Assembly (NCBI GenBank): GCA_963706595.1 | Contig: OY970166.1 | Coordinates: 384,001-448,000, forward strand | Direction: 5' to 3' | Length of the DNA: 64,000 bases | Origin: an uncultured cyanobacterium | GTDB taxonomy: Bacteria > Cyanobacteriota > Cyanobacteriia > Cyanobacteriales > Nostocaceae | Position numbers and translations under genes: made by a program | The notes under the pieces: model-generated | What the model was told of the DNA's origin: nothing | Seen by the model: only the letters and a program-made list of their open reading frames with translations | Databases searched by the model: none | Part shown: one piece after another, positions 38,441-49,312 of the stretch | How the letters are laid out: each line of letters begins with the position of its first letter | How positions within the stretch are numbered: the first letter of the stretch is position 1

Positions 38441-40371
38441 TTATACTAGGGGAAAATCGATTTGAAATTCTACTCCGATATCGCTATTAATAGTGATATC
38501 TCCTGAGAGTTGACTACTTAAAGCATCGATTAGTTGCCAGCCTAATGATGCTATATTGTTAAAATCAAACTTGGGTGGTAAACCAATGCCATTGTCCCTA
38601 ACTATAAGTGAAATCTCATTCAGCGAAATATTTTGGATTTCAATGTTAATTTTACCCGACCTACCTCCAGGAAAAGCATATTTTAGAGCATTAGAGACAA
38701 GTTCATGAATAATTAAACTACAAGGAATTGCTGTATCTAAACCCAGCGAAATGCCATCATCAACCTGAATATATACATCAATCAAATCTGTATTTAATTC
38801 GTAGGAAGTGCATAAACTTGAGACTAAATCTTGGACATATTCATTTAAATTGATTTTGGCTAAATCTGGTGATTGATACATCTTTTCATGAACTAAAGCC
38901 ATTGAGGCGATGCGCTGCTGACTTTGCTGAAATATTGCCATATCTTTGGCATCTTCGATATATGCAGATTGCAAGTTTAGTAGGCTAGAAATAACTTGTA
39001 AATTGTTTTTAACTCGATGGTAAATCTCTTTTAACAGCACTTCTTTTTCTAGAAGTGATGCTTGAATTTGCTCATTTGACTGCTTGCGATCGCTAATATC
39101 TTCGACAACAGAAATAAAGTAATTTGGCTTACCAGAAGGTTCGCGCATTAAAGACACTGTGAGATTAATCCAGACGATGGAACCGTTTTTACGGAAATAG
39201 CGTTTTTCCAGAGAATAATTTGAAATCTCACCTGCTAACATCTGATTAATATGATCAATATCAATCTCCAGATCATCTGGGTGGGTAATATCCTGGAAAG
39301 TGAGAAACTGTAGTTCTTGGGATGTGTACCCAACAATATCACAAAGCTTCTGGTTAACCAATTGCCACTGTCCATTCGTGCCTACATGAGCAATCCCAAC
39401 AGCCGCTTGATGAAATGCTGCGCGAAATTGCTGTTCGCTTTCTCTTAATGCATTCTCAATTCGCTGGCGTTCGGTGATTTCTATTTGTAGTGAATCGTTG
39501 ATTTTTGTTAACTCAACTGTTCGTTGTTCAACTATATTTTCTAGTTGATCTAGTAGATTACTTAAAGCCACCTCTGCTTGCTTGCGCTCAGTAATATCAG
39601 TATGTGAACCTACCATCCGAACTACATTACCATTTTCATCCCACAGCCCTTGACCCCGATCCAAAATCCATTTGTAAGTCCCGTCTTTACATAAAACTCG
39701 ATGCTCGTTAGTGTAAAACGGTGTGATCTTAGAAAAATGATTTTGAACTGCTGTCAGCACCATGTCACGGTCATCTGGATGCACCCGCGTCATACGTTCA
39801 TTTAAGTAATTGGCAATCTCATGTTCTTCATAACCGAGCATTTCTTTCCAGCGCGTCGAAAAGAAAACCTCACTGGTCTTCACATTCCAATCCCAAATAC
39901 CATCATTATTACCACGTAAAGCTAACTGCCAGCGTTGCTCAGTTTCTCTTAGCACCTCTTCTGTGCGTTTGCGTTCAGCAATCTCCTTTGCTAGTTGGGC
40001 ATGACTGGGAAGGCTCAGGGCTTTAGGTATTAATGGGAACAATTCTATAGCTGTCAAAACAGACACAAAAGCCGTGATAGCTTTGATTAACCCAGATAGC
40101 CAATAAGTAGGATGCCAAAGCGTCCACACATCCATAACATGGGTTGTACCGCAAGCAACAATAAATGTGCTAAACATGAGCAATATCCCCCGAAAAGGAA
40201 TATCTCTTCGTTTGCGGACAAAATAGACCAGCATGACTGGAATAGAATAGTAAGCAAGGGCAGTTAAGGAATCAGAAATAACGTGTAACCAGACTAATCC
40301 CGGTTTCCAGAGATAGCAATGTCCGTGAGGAATAAACTGGGTAGGAAAAAAAAATTATCTAGAAGTTCCAT
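38441..40371 (-). CDS. Ethylene-binding-domain-like, 2xPAS, HisKA_2-type sensor kinase; frameshift in the A9 run at 40346-40354
   Basis: The frame upstream of the listed ORF reads [10 protein letters not shown]...[13 protein letters not shown], then [20 protein letters not shown]. Confidence 0.8.
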
Positions 40372-40651
40372 GAAAAAACCTACTTACGGTGAGCATTCGC
40401 TGAAAAACGAAATTTAAACAGAGCTTATGGTGGAGTTCTCTGATGATGCTGATATTCCTTAATTCTGGGTACTTTTTAGTTTTCGACTAATTGTGTCATA
40501 TTTATTGTGATTAATATGACTTGTTACCATAATTGTGATTATGCTAATTTACTTTGTTAATTGTTCTAAAAAATACGGAATTTTTCAATAGTGAATTTAC
40601 TTAATTTTTCAGCACAGCATATTTTCGATTATTAATATTTTTTATGTTTTT

Positions 40652-41434
40652 TTAAGTTTTAAAATGTCTGGCTAACATATTCAATAGAATTTTGCGTGGT
40701 ACTAATCGAGCCAATGTACTTCTAATTTGAGTTTTAATATCACCCATAACAAGTGTTGGTTGAGAGTTTGCTAAAGCCTTTAATGATTCACGCACAACTT
40801 CCTCAGAAGAATAAGCCTTATCTGTATTTCCTGCTAAAGTTGTCGGAAAGTTAGCTTCTACAAAAAAGTTGGTTTCTATGGGACCTGGACAAGTAGCTAG
40901 AACCCGAACACCATAGGGACGATTTTCTGCCCAAAGTGCTTCACTAAAACTGAGAATAAAAGCTTTACTAGCAGCATACACAGAAAGATAGGGTATTGGT
41001 TGAAATGCTGTAATCGAAGATACGTTAATAATGCCTCCTGAATGACGTTGCCGCATGAGAGGCAGAAATTTATGGGTTAAATCTACCAACGCCAAAACGT
41101 TAAGTTGAATAATTTTTATTTGCCGTTCTCTGTCACTTGCGGCAAAATCACCATAGTCACCAAAACCAGCATTATTGATTAATAAATCAATCGTTAATCC
41201 TTGACTTTTAGTAGCATCAAACACAGCCGCAGGTGCATCAAGCTCTGTTAAATCTTTAACTATAACATCTACTTGAATTTGGTATTGGTCTTGTAATTGT
41301 TTTGCTAGTTGATTAAGCTTTTCTGCGGAACGAGAAACTAAAACTAGGTTTGTCTGCCGTGCGGCTAATTCCTCAGCAAAGGCTTTACCTATCCCACTAG
41401 ATGCACCTGTTATTAAAGCAGTTAGCATTCTCAA
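40652..41434 (-). CDS. SDR family oxidoreductase
   Basis: TGASSGIG, NNAG, YAASK. Confidence 0.92.
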   Translation of the reverse strand: MRMLTALITGASSGIGKAFAEELAARQTNLVLVSRSAEKLNQLAKQLQDQYQIQVDVIVKDLTELDAPAAVFDATKSQGLTIDLLINNAGFGDYGDFAASDRERQIKIIQLNVLALVDLTHKFLPLMRQRHSGGIINVSSITAFQPIPYLSVYAASKAFILSFSEALWAENRPYGVRVLATCPGPIETNFFVEANFPTTLAGNTDKAYSSEEVVRESLKALANSQPTLVMGDIKTQIRSTLARLVPRKILLNMLARHFKT

Positions 41435-41804
41435 TATTGAAGAATTTATTATTAATATTATAATTTTTTAAAATAGTTTCTACAAGTTTTAACTATTCAA
41501 ATTTATTGAAGAATGAAGATAAAAAATAGACTCAGTATTCAGTTGGGGCTGACACACACGTAACAAAATAACGCACAGCAAAAAAGAACGCATACACCAA
41601 AAAATCGGAGTTTATGAAAGTTTTTGAGTCAGTCTTGCTAGTGTATTTTTTGGGGAAGGCTGGGAAATCCTCACCTCAGCAGAGGTACAAATAATACTTT
41701 TAGCACCACAGAACAGCCCGCCGTGCATCTATGGACTGACGGCATGAAAATTAATATTTGCTTTCCTGTGAAATATATGTTATCTTAGGTTTTCGTGTGG
41801 TTAA

Positions 41805-41879
41805 GGACGTATAGCTCAGTTGGTTAGAGCGCTACGTTGACATCGTAGAGGTTCCTCGGTTCGAGTCCGAGTACGTCCA
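41805..41879 (+). tRNA. trnV: tRNA-Val (GAC)
   Basis: Acceptor GGACGTA/TACGTCC, anticodon arm CTACG-TTGACAT-CGTAG, T arm CTCGG-TTCGAGT-CCGAG. Confidence 0.92.
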
Positions 41880-41937
41880 TTAATAACCCTCTAGTACACA
41901 GCTTGGGGGTCTTACTTTTCCCTGTATTGGCTTAGGT

Positions 41938-41966
41938 TTAACTCTAGGTTAACCCTGCTGTATGAT
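41938..41966 (+). promoter_or_regulatory. Putative sigma70 promoter of the GIY-YIG gene
   Basis: TTAACT-N17-TATGAT. Confidence 0.45.
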
Positions 41967-41991
41967 GCCATAATCACTCATCAGAGAACCA

Positions 41992-42624
41992 ATGAAAACC
42001 GGGATATATTTAATATCAAACTCAGACAGAGGCATGGGTTACATTGGTAGTAGCCAGAACATAGATAAACGCTGGGGTCAGCACAAAAGCTTTTTAAACC
42101 TGGATAAACACCACTGCAAGGCACTACAGGCGGCTTGGAACTATTATGGTAGGTCTGCGTTTCAGTTGGTAGTTCTAGAACTCTGCGAGGTTACAGAGTT
42201 GGCAGGGTTAGAGCAGATATATCTCAATACTGCGAACTGGGCAACTCTGTACAATACCTCCCGATGTACAGATTCACCTATGAGAGGGTTAAAAGGGCAT
42301 AAATGGACTGAGGAAGAGAAAAAGCGACTTTCAGAGATGTTTAGAGGTGAACTTAACCCCATGTACGGCATAAAGGGCGATTTACACCCCTCGTCCAAAA
42401 TACGGGGTCAACTACATCCCGGATATGGCAAACCTAGACCGCCTGAATCCGTCGCCAAAAGACATCGCAAATATGTCGTAACTTCCCCAGGTGGCGAGGT
42501 GTTCCAAGTATCTGGCTTACGTCCTTTCTGTGTTACCCACGCCCTAAACCAAGGAAATTTAACTAAAGTTGCACAGGGTAAACGCAAGACATACAAAGGC
42601 TGGAATTGCCAATATTTAGACTAG
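41992..42624 (+). CDS. GIY-YIG homing endonuclease with NUMOD3-like repeats
   Basis: GIY...YIGSS..I..RW..H, GHKWTEEEKKRLS, NPMYG, C-terminal TYKGW. Confidence 0.85.
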   Translation: MKTGIYLISNSDRGMGYIGSSQNIDKRWGQHKSFLNLDKHHCKALQAAWNYYGRSAFQLVVLELCEVTELAGLEQIYLNTANWATLYNTSRCTDSPMRGLKGHKWTEEEKKRLSEMFRGELNPMYGIKGDLHPSSKIRGQLHPGYGKPRPPESVAKRHRKYVVTSPGGEVFQVSGLRPFCVTHALNQGNLTKVAQGKRKTYKGWNCQYLD

Positions 42625-42773
42625 GTTGACATCATCGTTAAAGGTGCTAGAGTATTGCAAATATCTGAAAGTCAAGTCATTATTTTGTAACCAGATAAAA
42701 ACCTTGATATTTTGAATACTGCCATAAATTGCGCGATCGCCAAAAGCAAGGCGTAGCTAATCATATTTTATAC

Positions 42774-42980
42774 TTAATGTCTCAGTAAAAATCTATCCGT
42801 ACTGACGAGAACCACAATTAATATCACTAGCTGAAATTGCCAAGGGGCTAATACTAAACTCAAAATTAAACTGATAATTGTAAATAAACTAATCAGATAA
42901 GCTATTTCCCCATCACATTTTTTCGATACATAGTCGGTAGCTAAAGCGGTACAGAGGGGAATCAAAAAAGACAAATGCAT
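42774..42980 (-). CDS. Small hydrophobic hypothetical protein
   Basis: MHLSFLIPL...LVLAPWQFQL; start inferred. Confidence 0.55.
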   Translation of the reverse strand: MHLSFLIPLCTALATDYVSKKCDGEIAYLISLFTIISLILSLVLAPWQFQLVILIVVLVSTDRFLLRH

Positions 42981-43121
42981 TTTTCCTATCCTCGTAACTA
43001 AAATTTCAAAATAGATCAAAGCAGATGAACACTGTGTTTATTTATAATTGTGGTTGATTCTAGCAAAAAACTGGGGCATCACGACTCACACCGAATAGCG
43101 ATCGCCACATCATCGAATTTA

Positions 43122-45872
43122 TTAACTATCTTTTTTCTTGCTTCGCTTTTTCTTCTCAACTTTGAGCAATGGCGTACTCAGTGCTTCATAGAGGCTAAAT
43201 AAATATTCGATGCGATTTAGTTCGCTAACAAAAGGCTGGGGACGATAGCAAAGGTCTACGGCTTTGTCTAGGGCTTTATGTGCTTTTACCAAGTCGGGCG
43301 GCATGGTGAGAGGATCGTAAAGATCAGCGAGACTGCTATCGGGATATTTTGCTCTTGTGTCTAATACTGCTTGTGCGGCGGTTTCGATTTTTTGCTTTTG
43401 TTTGTCGCTGACATTTTCAGGGAATGGATAATTGTTGTAAACGATTGTGTTTGAATAGCGAAAACGACTTTCTAATCTTCCACAAACATACTTAACCCAA
43501 GTCATGTGCATTTCTGAAGTGAGAATACCAAATAGATATAGAGTTGCATTAGGTAAACCAAATGCAAGATTACTAACGATTGTATCTTTACTCAGAAACC
43601 CTATTGGAATATATTTTCGATTTTCAGAAGAAACACTTGGAATTAATAAGTAATCAGAATTAGGCTGTCTATTCTCAGTAAATAATGTTGGAAATTCTGC
43701 CCATTTTATTGTTGAGGTCTTTGTACTAGCTAACCTCATTTTTTTTACTAATTCTACTTTTTTTAATAAGTGAGGAAGTTTCTTAAGTTCTTCTGGTTTA
43801 ATAGTTATTAGCCAGAAGCACCAACGATAGACGTTATTGATAAATTCCTCTGAACCAACAAATCTTCTAATAAACTTTTCTGCTTTTGGCTCTTTTTGCA
43901 AAAAAAGATTCTTTTCTTCATCTGAAAGCAGTAAATTTCCTCCATCTGTAGGTTGGCTACCTTTGACCATTTCAGGCACATTAGAAATTGGCTTAACTCT
44001 TTTTAAAATGATTAGATCATTTCCTTCGGTCAAGTATGGATTAATATTTTTCGCTTTTCTCTCTGTTGATTCACCTTTAATATTTATATACTCAAAGAGC
44101 CTCTTATTTTCAATATCTTGCAACCCAAAGCCAATAATCACACAATGTACAGCCGCATTACCTTTTGCCTCATTACTCCAACTAAAAGTACGATGGGCAA
44201 AATGAATCTTGATTTTATATTTACTATAAAGTTCTTGCCAAAGAATCCCAACTTGCTCACCTTGAGAAATTGAACTTGTACTAACAAAAGCACAACGAAT
44301 ATCAGTATTTTGAATAGTCTGACTTGCTCTAATATACCAAGCAGTTACATAGTCTAATAAACCTGAACTTTTTACATTCCCAAAAACACTTTGCATATCA
44401 GACTTCTGTTGTGAATCTTGGTATGTTTTACCGACAAATGGAGGATTACCCAAAATAAAATTTAACTTCTCTTTTGCAACAACAGACTCCCAATCAATCC
44501 GCAACGAATTACCATGCACAATCTTCGCGGATTTCTTCAAAGGCAACCGCACAAAATACTGTCCAAACTCATTACTCACCTTCACATTCATCTGATGATC
44601 AATTAACCACATCGCCACTTCAGCCACCCGCACCGCAAACTCATCATACTCAATCCCCGCAAACTGATCGACATCCACCTGAATAAACAACCGGACATCA
44701 AGGAAACTTTTGTGCTTCCTATACAATTCTTTTAAAATTTCAAGCTCTAAATCTCGCAACTCTCGATAAGTGATAATTAAGAAATTGCCACAACCACAAG
44801 CAGGATCGAGAAAATGTAAATTTGCAATCTTTTTATGTAATGCTTCTAATTTTCCCTTACTACCCTTAGCCTTCTCAAATTCAATATAAAGATCATCCAA
44901 AAAAAGCGGCTTAATCAACTTTTGAATATTCTTCTCAGAGGTGTAATGCGCCCCTAAATTGCGCCGTTCCGTCTGATTCATCACCGCCTGAAACATTGAT
45001 CCAAAAATTGCAGGAGAAATTTTACCCCAATCAAAGGCACAAGCCTTTAACAACATTTCACGCATCTGCTTATCAAAAGCAGCAGGTTGTACAGTCTCTT
45101 CAAATAACTTCCCATTTACATAGGGAAACTGTACTGAATTCTCATCTAAATTTTTGAACCGCTTCTCGTTTGGGGTATTTAAAGTATGGAAAATCCAAGC
45201 AATGTGCATCGCCAAATCACTGCCATCTTCCTTCGTATGCAAATCAATATATTCCCAAAAAATCCCCTTATTAAAAATGCCTGTATCATCAGCAAACATA
45301 CAGAACAATAGCCGCACTAGATATACTTCTAGATCATGCCCTATGTAACCAATTTCTTTGAGGCGATCATGCAGATCCCCCATCAATTCAGCCGCCGCAA
45401 TATTGACAGGATCTTCATCCTTATAAACCCTTTTTTCATATCCCGCTATAAAGCCGAATAGATGCACATGATTTACAAAATCTTGTAGCTCAAACTCTTT
45501 GGTTTCGTTCGTATCTAAATCATAAAGCCTGAATTTTTGGAAATCCGACACCAAAATATATTTCGGTAACTCATGCTCCTTTAAATTTGGAAAATAATCT
45601 TTTGCTTGTTGTGTAGCCTTATCTAAGTCCTTGCCCCTAGACTTATGCTCCACCAAAATCATTCCTTTCCACAAAAGATCGATAAAACCCTGTTTATTGT
45701 CCGCCTTTTTGATTGGTAACTCAAAACTCCCCACTCGCCGCCGTGAAATGCCAAACACATTAAAAAAGTCATTCCAGAAGGATTGCGACTCTGACTTCTC
45801 TGAAGTTTCACTTTCCCATTCCTTAGAAAAAGCGATCGCCCTTTGCTTAATTTCATTCCAACTTAGAGGCAT
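43122..45872 (-). CDS. MmeI-like Type IIL restriction-modification enzyme
   Basis: ID.....LVEHK nuclease, GAHYT, DPACGCGNF, GNPPF, SLADLYDP. Confidence 0.9.
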   Translation of the reverse strand: MPLSWNEIKQRAIAFSKEWESETSEKSESQSFWNDFFNVFGISRRRVGSFELPIKKADNKQGFIDLLWKGMILVEHKSRGKDLDKATQQAKDYFPNLKEHELPKYILVSDFQKFRLYDLDTNETKEFELQDFVNHVHLFGFIAGYEKRVYKDEDPVNIAAAELMGDLHDRLKEIGYIGHDLEVYLVRLLFCMFADDTGIFNKGIFWEYIDLHTKEDGSDLAMHIAWIFHTLNTPNEKRFKNLDENSVQFPYVNGKLFEETVQPAAFDKQMREMLLKACAFDWGKISPAIFGSMFQAVMNQTERRNLGAHYTSEKNIQKLIKPLFLDDLYIEFEKAKGSKGKLEALHKKIANLHFLDPACGCGNFLIITYRELRDLELEILKELYRKHKSFLDVRLFIQVDVDQFAGIEYDEFAVRVAEVAMWLIDHQMNVKVSNEFGQYFVRLPLKKSAKIVHGNSLRIDWESVVAKEKLNFILGNPPFVGKTYQDSQQKSDMQSVFGNVKSSGLLDYVTAWYIRASQTIQNTDIRCAFVSTSSISQGEQVGILWQELYSKYKIKIHFAHRTFSWSNEAKGNAAVHCVIIGFGLQDIENKRLFEYINIKGESTERKAKNINPYLTEGNDLIILKRVKPISNVPEMVKGSQPTDGGNLLLSDEEKNLFLQKEPKAEKFIRRFVGSEEFINNVYRWCFWLITIKPEELKKLPHLLKKVELVKKMRLASTKTSTIKWAEFPTLFTENRQPNSDYLLIPSVSSENRKYIPIGFLSKDTIVSNLAFGLPNATLYLFGILTSEMHMTWVKYVCGRLESRFRYSNTIVYNNYPFPENVSDKQKQKIETAAQAVLDTRAKYPDSSLADLYDPLTMPPDLVKAHKALDKAVDLCYRPQPFVSELNRIEYLFSLYEALSTPLLKVEKKKRSKKKDS

Positions 45873-46085
45873 ATCTGTAAATATTAAGGTATAATTTTAG
45901 ACAATCTTTATAATATCATTCAGTTCCTAAAAGTAGTGCGATCTTGTAGGGTGCGTTCCCTAGTGCAACTTCTTCTACTCAGACAATAGATTATTGGGAA
46001 CGCAGATAAATATCTTGGAGTAAAATACTGAGCAGACGATCTAGCATATTACATTTAGAAGGAACTTTTTTAAATTAAACACCCG

Positions 46086-48245
46086 ATGCTGAATATTCCT
46101 CAACTACTGGCGACTGAATTAAACCTCAAACCTCATCAAATCGAAAACGCGTTAGAACTTTTAGCCGAAGGTGCGACGGTTCCCTTTATTGCACGTTACC
46201 GCAAAGAGCGCACTGGCGAAATGAATGAAGTCCAACTGCGTGACTTGTTTGAGCGCTATGCTTATTTAACAGAGTTGCAAGAACGGAAAACGGTAATTTT
46301 AAATGCGATCGCGGAACAAGGTAAACTCACAGATGAACTCAAAGCCAAAATTACCGCCTGTTTACAAAAAACTGAACTCGAAGATTTATATCTCCCCTAT
46401 CGACCAAAACGCCGTACCCGCGCCACCATAGCCAGAGAAAAAGGTTTGGAACCCTTAGCAAATTTCATCAAGTCGCTAAATGTCCCAAATGCTGCAACAG
46501 CCTCGCTGGAAGAGGAAGCAGCAAAGTATGTTTCTGAGAATCAGGGAGTTAAAACAGCACAAGAAGCGCTCAAAGGTGCTGGGGATATTTTAGCAGAAGA
46601 AGTAGCAGAAAAAGCCGAATTGCGTGCATATCTGCGTGATTACTTCCTAGCTGAGGGGGTATTTGTCTCTGATATCAAAAAGGAGCATCCCGAAGGTACA
46701 ACCAAGTTTGAGATGTACCGCAACTATCAAATTCGGGTGAGAAATATTGCACCTCATAATCTGCTGGCGTTGTGTCGCGGTGAAGCGGAGGGAGTGTTAA
46801 ACTATGAAGTTACTTTTGATGAAGATTTGGTACTTGATTATTTAGAATCAAAGGTAATTAAGGCGAAAGTGCGGATAATTCGTGATTTTTATCAGGGGAT
46901 GCTCAAAGACGCATTTAATCGGCTGATGAAAACTTCCATTATCGGTGAGGTGATTTCTCAGAAAAAAACCTACGCTGATATGGAATCTATTAAAACCTTT
47001 GAAGCAAATCTGCGAGAATTACTCTTATCTGCACCAGCCGGAATGAAACCGACATTAGCTATAGACCCAGGGTTTAGAACTGGGTGTAAAGTGGCGGTAC
47101 TCGACCAAACAGGACAATTTTTAGAATATCAGGCGGTGTTTCCTCACCAAGCGGCTGAACAACGCGCCAAAGCTGCACAAACTATCAAAAATTTGATTGA
47201 GAAATATCAGATTTCCTTAATTGCAATTGGTAACGGTACAGCTTCCCGTGAGACAGATGAGTTTGTAACGCAGATATTACAAGCCATCGACCGCAAACCG
47301 GTTAAAGTCATGGTAAATGAGTCTGGCGCATCGATATATTCTGCGAGTAAAGTGGCGTTAGAAGAGTTTCCCCACTTAGATATTACCGTGCGTGGTGCGA
47401 TTAGTATCGGTCGCCGTTTACAAGATCCTCTAGCGGAATTGGTGAAAATTGACCCGAAATCTATCGGTGTGGGACAATATCAGCATGACGTTGACCAAAA
47501 GTTGCTGAAAAAGAAGCTAGATGAGACTGTAGAAAGTTGCGTGAATTACGTCGGTGTGGACTTAAACACGGCTTCTAAGGAACTTTTGACCTTTGTTTCG
47601 GGAATTACGGCTACGGTGGCTAATAACATTGTTGCTTATCGGAATGAGCATGGAGTTTTTAAGAACCGCCGACAATTGTTAAAAGTGGCTAAATTGGGGC
47701 CGAAGGCGTTTGAACAAGCGGCGGGTTTTCTGCGAATTCGTGGCGGTGATAACCCTTTAGATAATACAGCAGTGCATCCCGAAAGTTATGCTCTCGTGCA
47801 GGCGATCGCAGCTGATTTAGATGTATCCTTAAATCAAGTCACCGAAATAGCCGAAAAACTCAAAAAAACCAACCTCAAAAAATACGTCACCGATAGCATA
47901 GGCGAACCCACACTGCGCGACATCATCAGCGAACTAGACAAACCAGGAAGAGACCCCCGTGCAGAATTTAAATATGCCACATTTAGAGAAGGAATCAAAG
48001 AAATTAGAGATTTAGAAGTAGGAATGGAATTAGAAGGAATTGTCACAAACGTAGCTAACTTTGGTGCATTTGTAGATATTGGCGTACATCAAGATGGCTT
48101 AGTACATATATCCCAACTAGCTGATAGATTCGTAGATGATCCTCAAAAAATTGTTAAAGTTGGACAAGTTGTAAAAATCCGAGTGTTAGAAATTAACGAA
48201 AAATTGAAACGAATTAGTTTATCAATGAAAGCCGTAAAACAATAA
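46086..48245 (+). CDS. tex: Tex family RNA-binding transcriptional accessory protein
   Basis: PFIARYRKE, IDPGFRTG, C-terminal S1 domain. Confidence 0.93.
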   Translation: MLNIPQLLATELNLKPHQIENALELLAEGATVPFIARYRKERTGEMNEVQLRDLFERYAYLTELQERKTVILNAIAEQGKLTDELKAKITACLQKTELEDLYLPYRPKRRTRATIAREKGLEPLANFIKSLNVPNAATASLEEEAAKYVSENQGVKTAQEALKGAGDILAEEVAEKAELRAYLRDYFLAEGVFVSDIKKEHPEGTTKFEMYRNYQIRVRNIAPHNLLALCRGEAEGVLNYEVTFDEDLVLDYLESKVIKAKVRIIRDFYQGMLKDAFNRLMKTSIIGEVISQKKTYADMESIKTFEANLRELLLSAPAGMKPTLAIDPGFRTGCKVAVLDQTGQFLEYQAVFPHQAAEQRAKAAQTIKNLIEKYQISLIAIGNGTASRETDEFVTQILQAIDRKPVKVMVNESGASIYSASKVALEEFPHLDITVRGAISIGRRLQDPLAELVKIDPKSIGVGQYQHDVDQKLLKKKLDETVESCVNYVGVDLNTASKELLTFVSGITATVANNIVAYRNEHGVFKNRRQLLKVAKLGPKAFEQAAGFLRIRGGDNPLDNTAVHPESYALVQAIAADLDVSLNQVTEIAEKLKKTNLKKYVTDSIGEPTLRDIISELDKPGRDPRAEFKYATFREGIKEIRDLEVGMELEGIVTNVANFGAFVDIGVHQDGLVHISQLADRFVDDPQKIVKVGQVVKIRVLEINEKLKRISLSMKAVKQ

Positions 48246-48272
48246 CAGAACTTTTCTATCTGAGTGGTAATA

Positions 48273-48376
48273 TATAGCGTTTCCTAGTTTAGTGAGGTAT
48301 AAGAACCCCACCCCCAACCCCCTCCGGTGCAAGCGAGGAGGGGGCTATGATATTTATATGATTAGGAAAGGCTATA
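48273..48376. mobile_element. MITE-like element, same core as 502-608
   Basis: TATAGCGTTTCCTA/TAGGAAAGGCTATA. Confidence 0.7.
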
Positions 48377-48832
48377 GCAATCCTCAATCAGAGATAAACA
48401 ATTCTCTGTTTTCTCTTCCTCTGTGGTCTCTGCGCCTCTGTGGTTCGTTAAAGATCCGGAATACCTTAAGCAAGGAGAGCGAACACAAATTAAATAAGAT
48501 TACCATAGCATGAATTTAATTAACCACCAAGACAGCAAGAAATAAATATTAAACCCAAAAACAAACCAAACCTGTGCTTTATCGCAACCGCCGAAGTCGT
48601 TAGGGTATGGGAACAGCAAGTCTTTTATTTTTGACTTTTGCTATATCTCCCCTCCTCGCTTGCGGGGAGGGGCTGGGGGTGGGGTCTAATTATTTGAGTA
48701 ATCGTAATTACAGACTGGAAACAATCAGCCCAATGGTATAACCAAAATCTATCTTTCAAGAGATGTAAAATCCCAGGATTTATTTAAAAATAGTAAAAGA
48801 CTCGTAAAGAATCTATTTGTTATTTTTAGTAG

Positions 48833-49243
48833 GTGAACACCATGTTAGGAACATTTTTAACTGCCATAGCTACAGCTTTGAGCTTGTTAATTGTCGATTT
48901 AGTTGTACCTGGTGTCAACATTGCTAATTTTCCAGCAGCCATGATTGCGGCTTTAGTAATTGGGTTGATTAACGGTTCAGTGAAACCAGTGCTTTCTGCT
49001 CTTTCTTTACCGCTTAACTTCGTGACATTAGGGGCATTTTCGCTAATAATTAACGGTTTTTGTTTTTGGTTAGCAGCAGTACTGGTTCCTGGGTTCGCAG
49101 TTCGTGGACTTATAGCATTTCTATTGGGTCCAGTGATTCTATCTTTTGCTAGCACCTTCATTAACAATTATTTTGCCGAAAAAAACCCTGCTTTAAACAG
49201 CAGTGGTGACGTAAATACCCAAGGTGAATTACCTTCCAGATAG
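48833..49243 (+). CDS. YvlD/4-TMS phage holin family membrane protein
   Basis: GLING.VKPVL..LSLPL...TLG.F..IING. Confidence 0.85.
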   Translation: MNTMLGTFLTAIATALSLLIVDLVVPGVNIANFPAAMIAALVIGLINGSVKPVLSALSLPLNFVTLGAFSLIINGFCFWLAAVLVPGFAVRGLIAFLLGPVILSFASTFINNYFAEKNPALNSSGDVNTQGELPSR

Positions 49244-49312
49244 ATATTAAGTAGCTGAATTATCTTAATTCAGCATTCTCACAAAAACGTAATTAAACAA
49301 AATCACAAAATC

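Noticed and set aside
41805..42624. Group I intron or prophage at the tRNA
   Set aside because: The tRNA is uninterrupted; no integrase or phage structural genes
48833..49243. Prophage lysis gene
   Set aside because: YvlD-type family in a stress-gene context, with no phage neighbours
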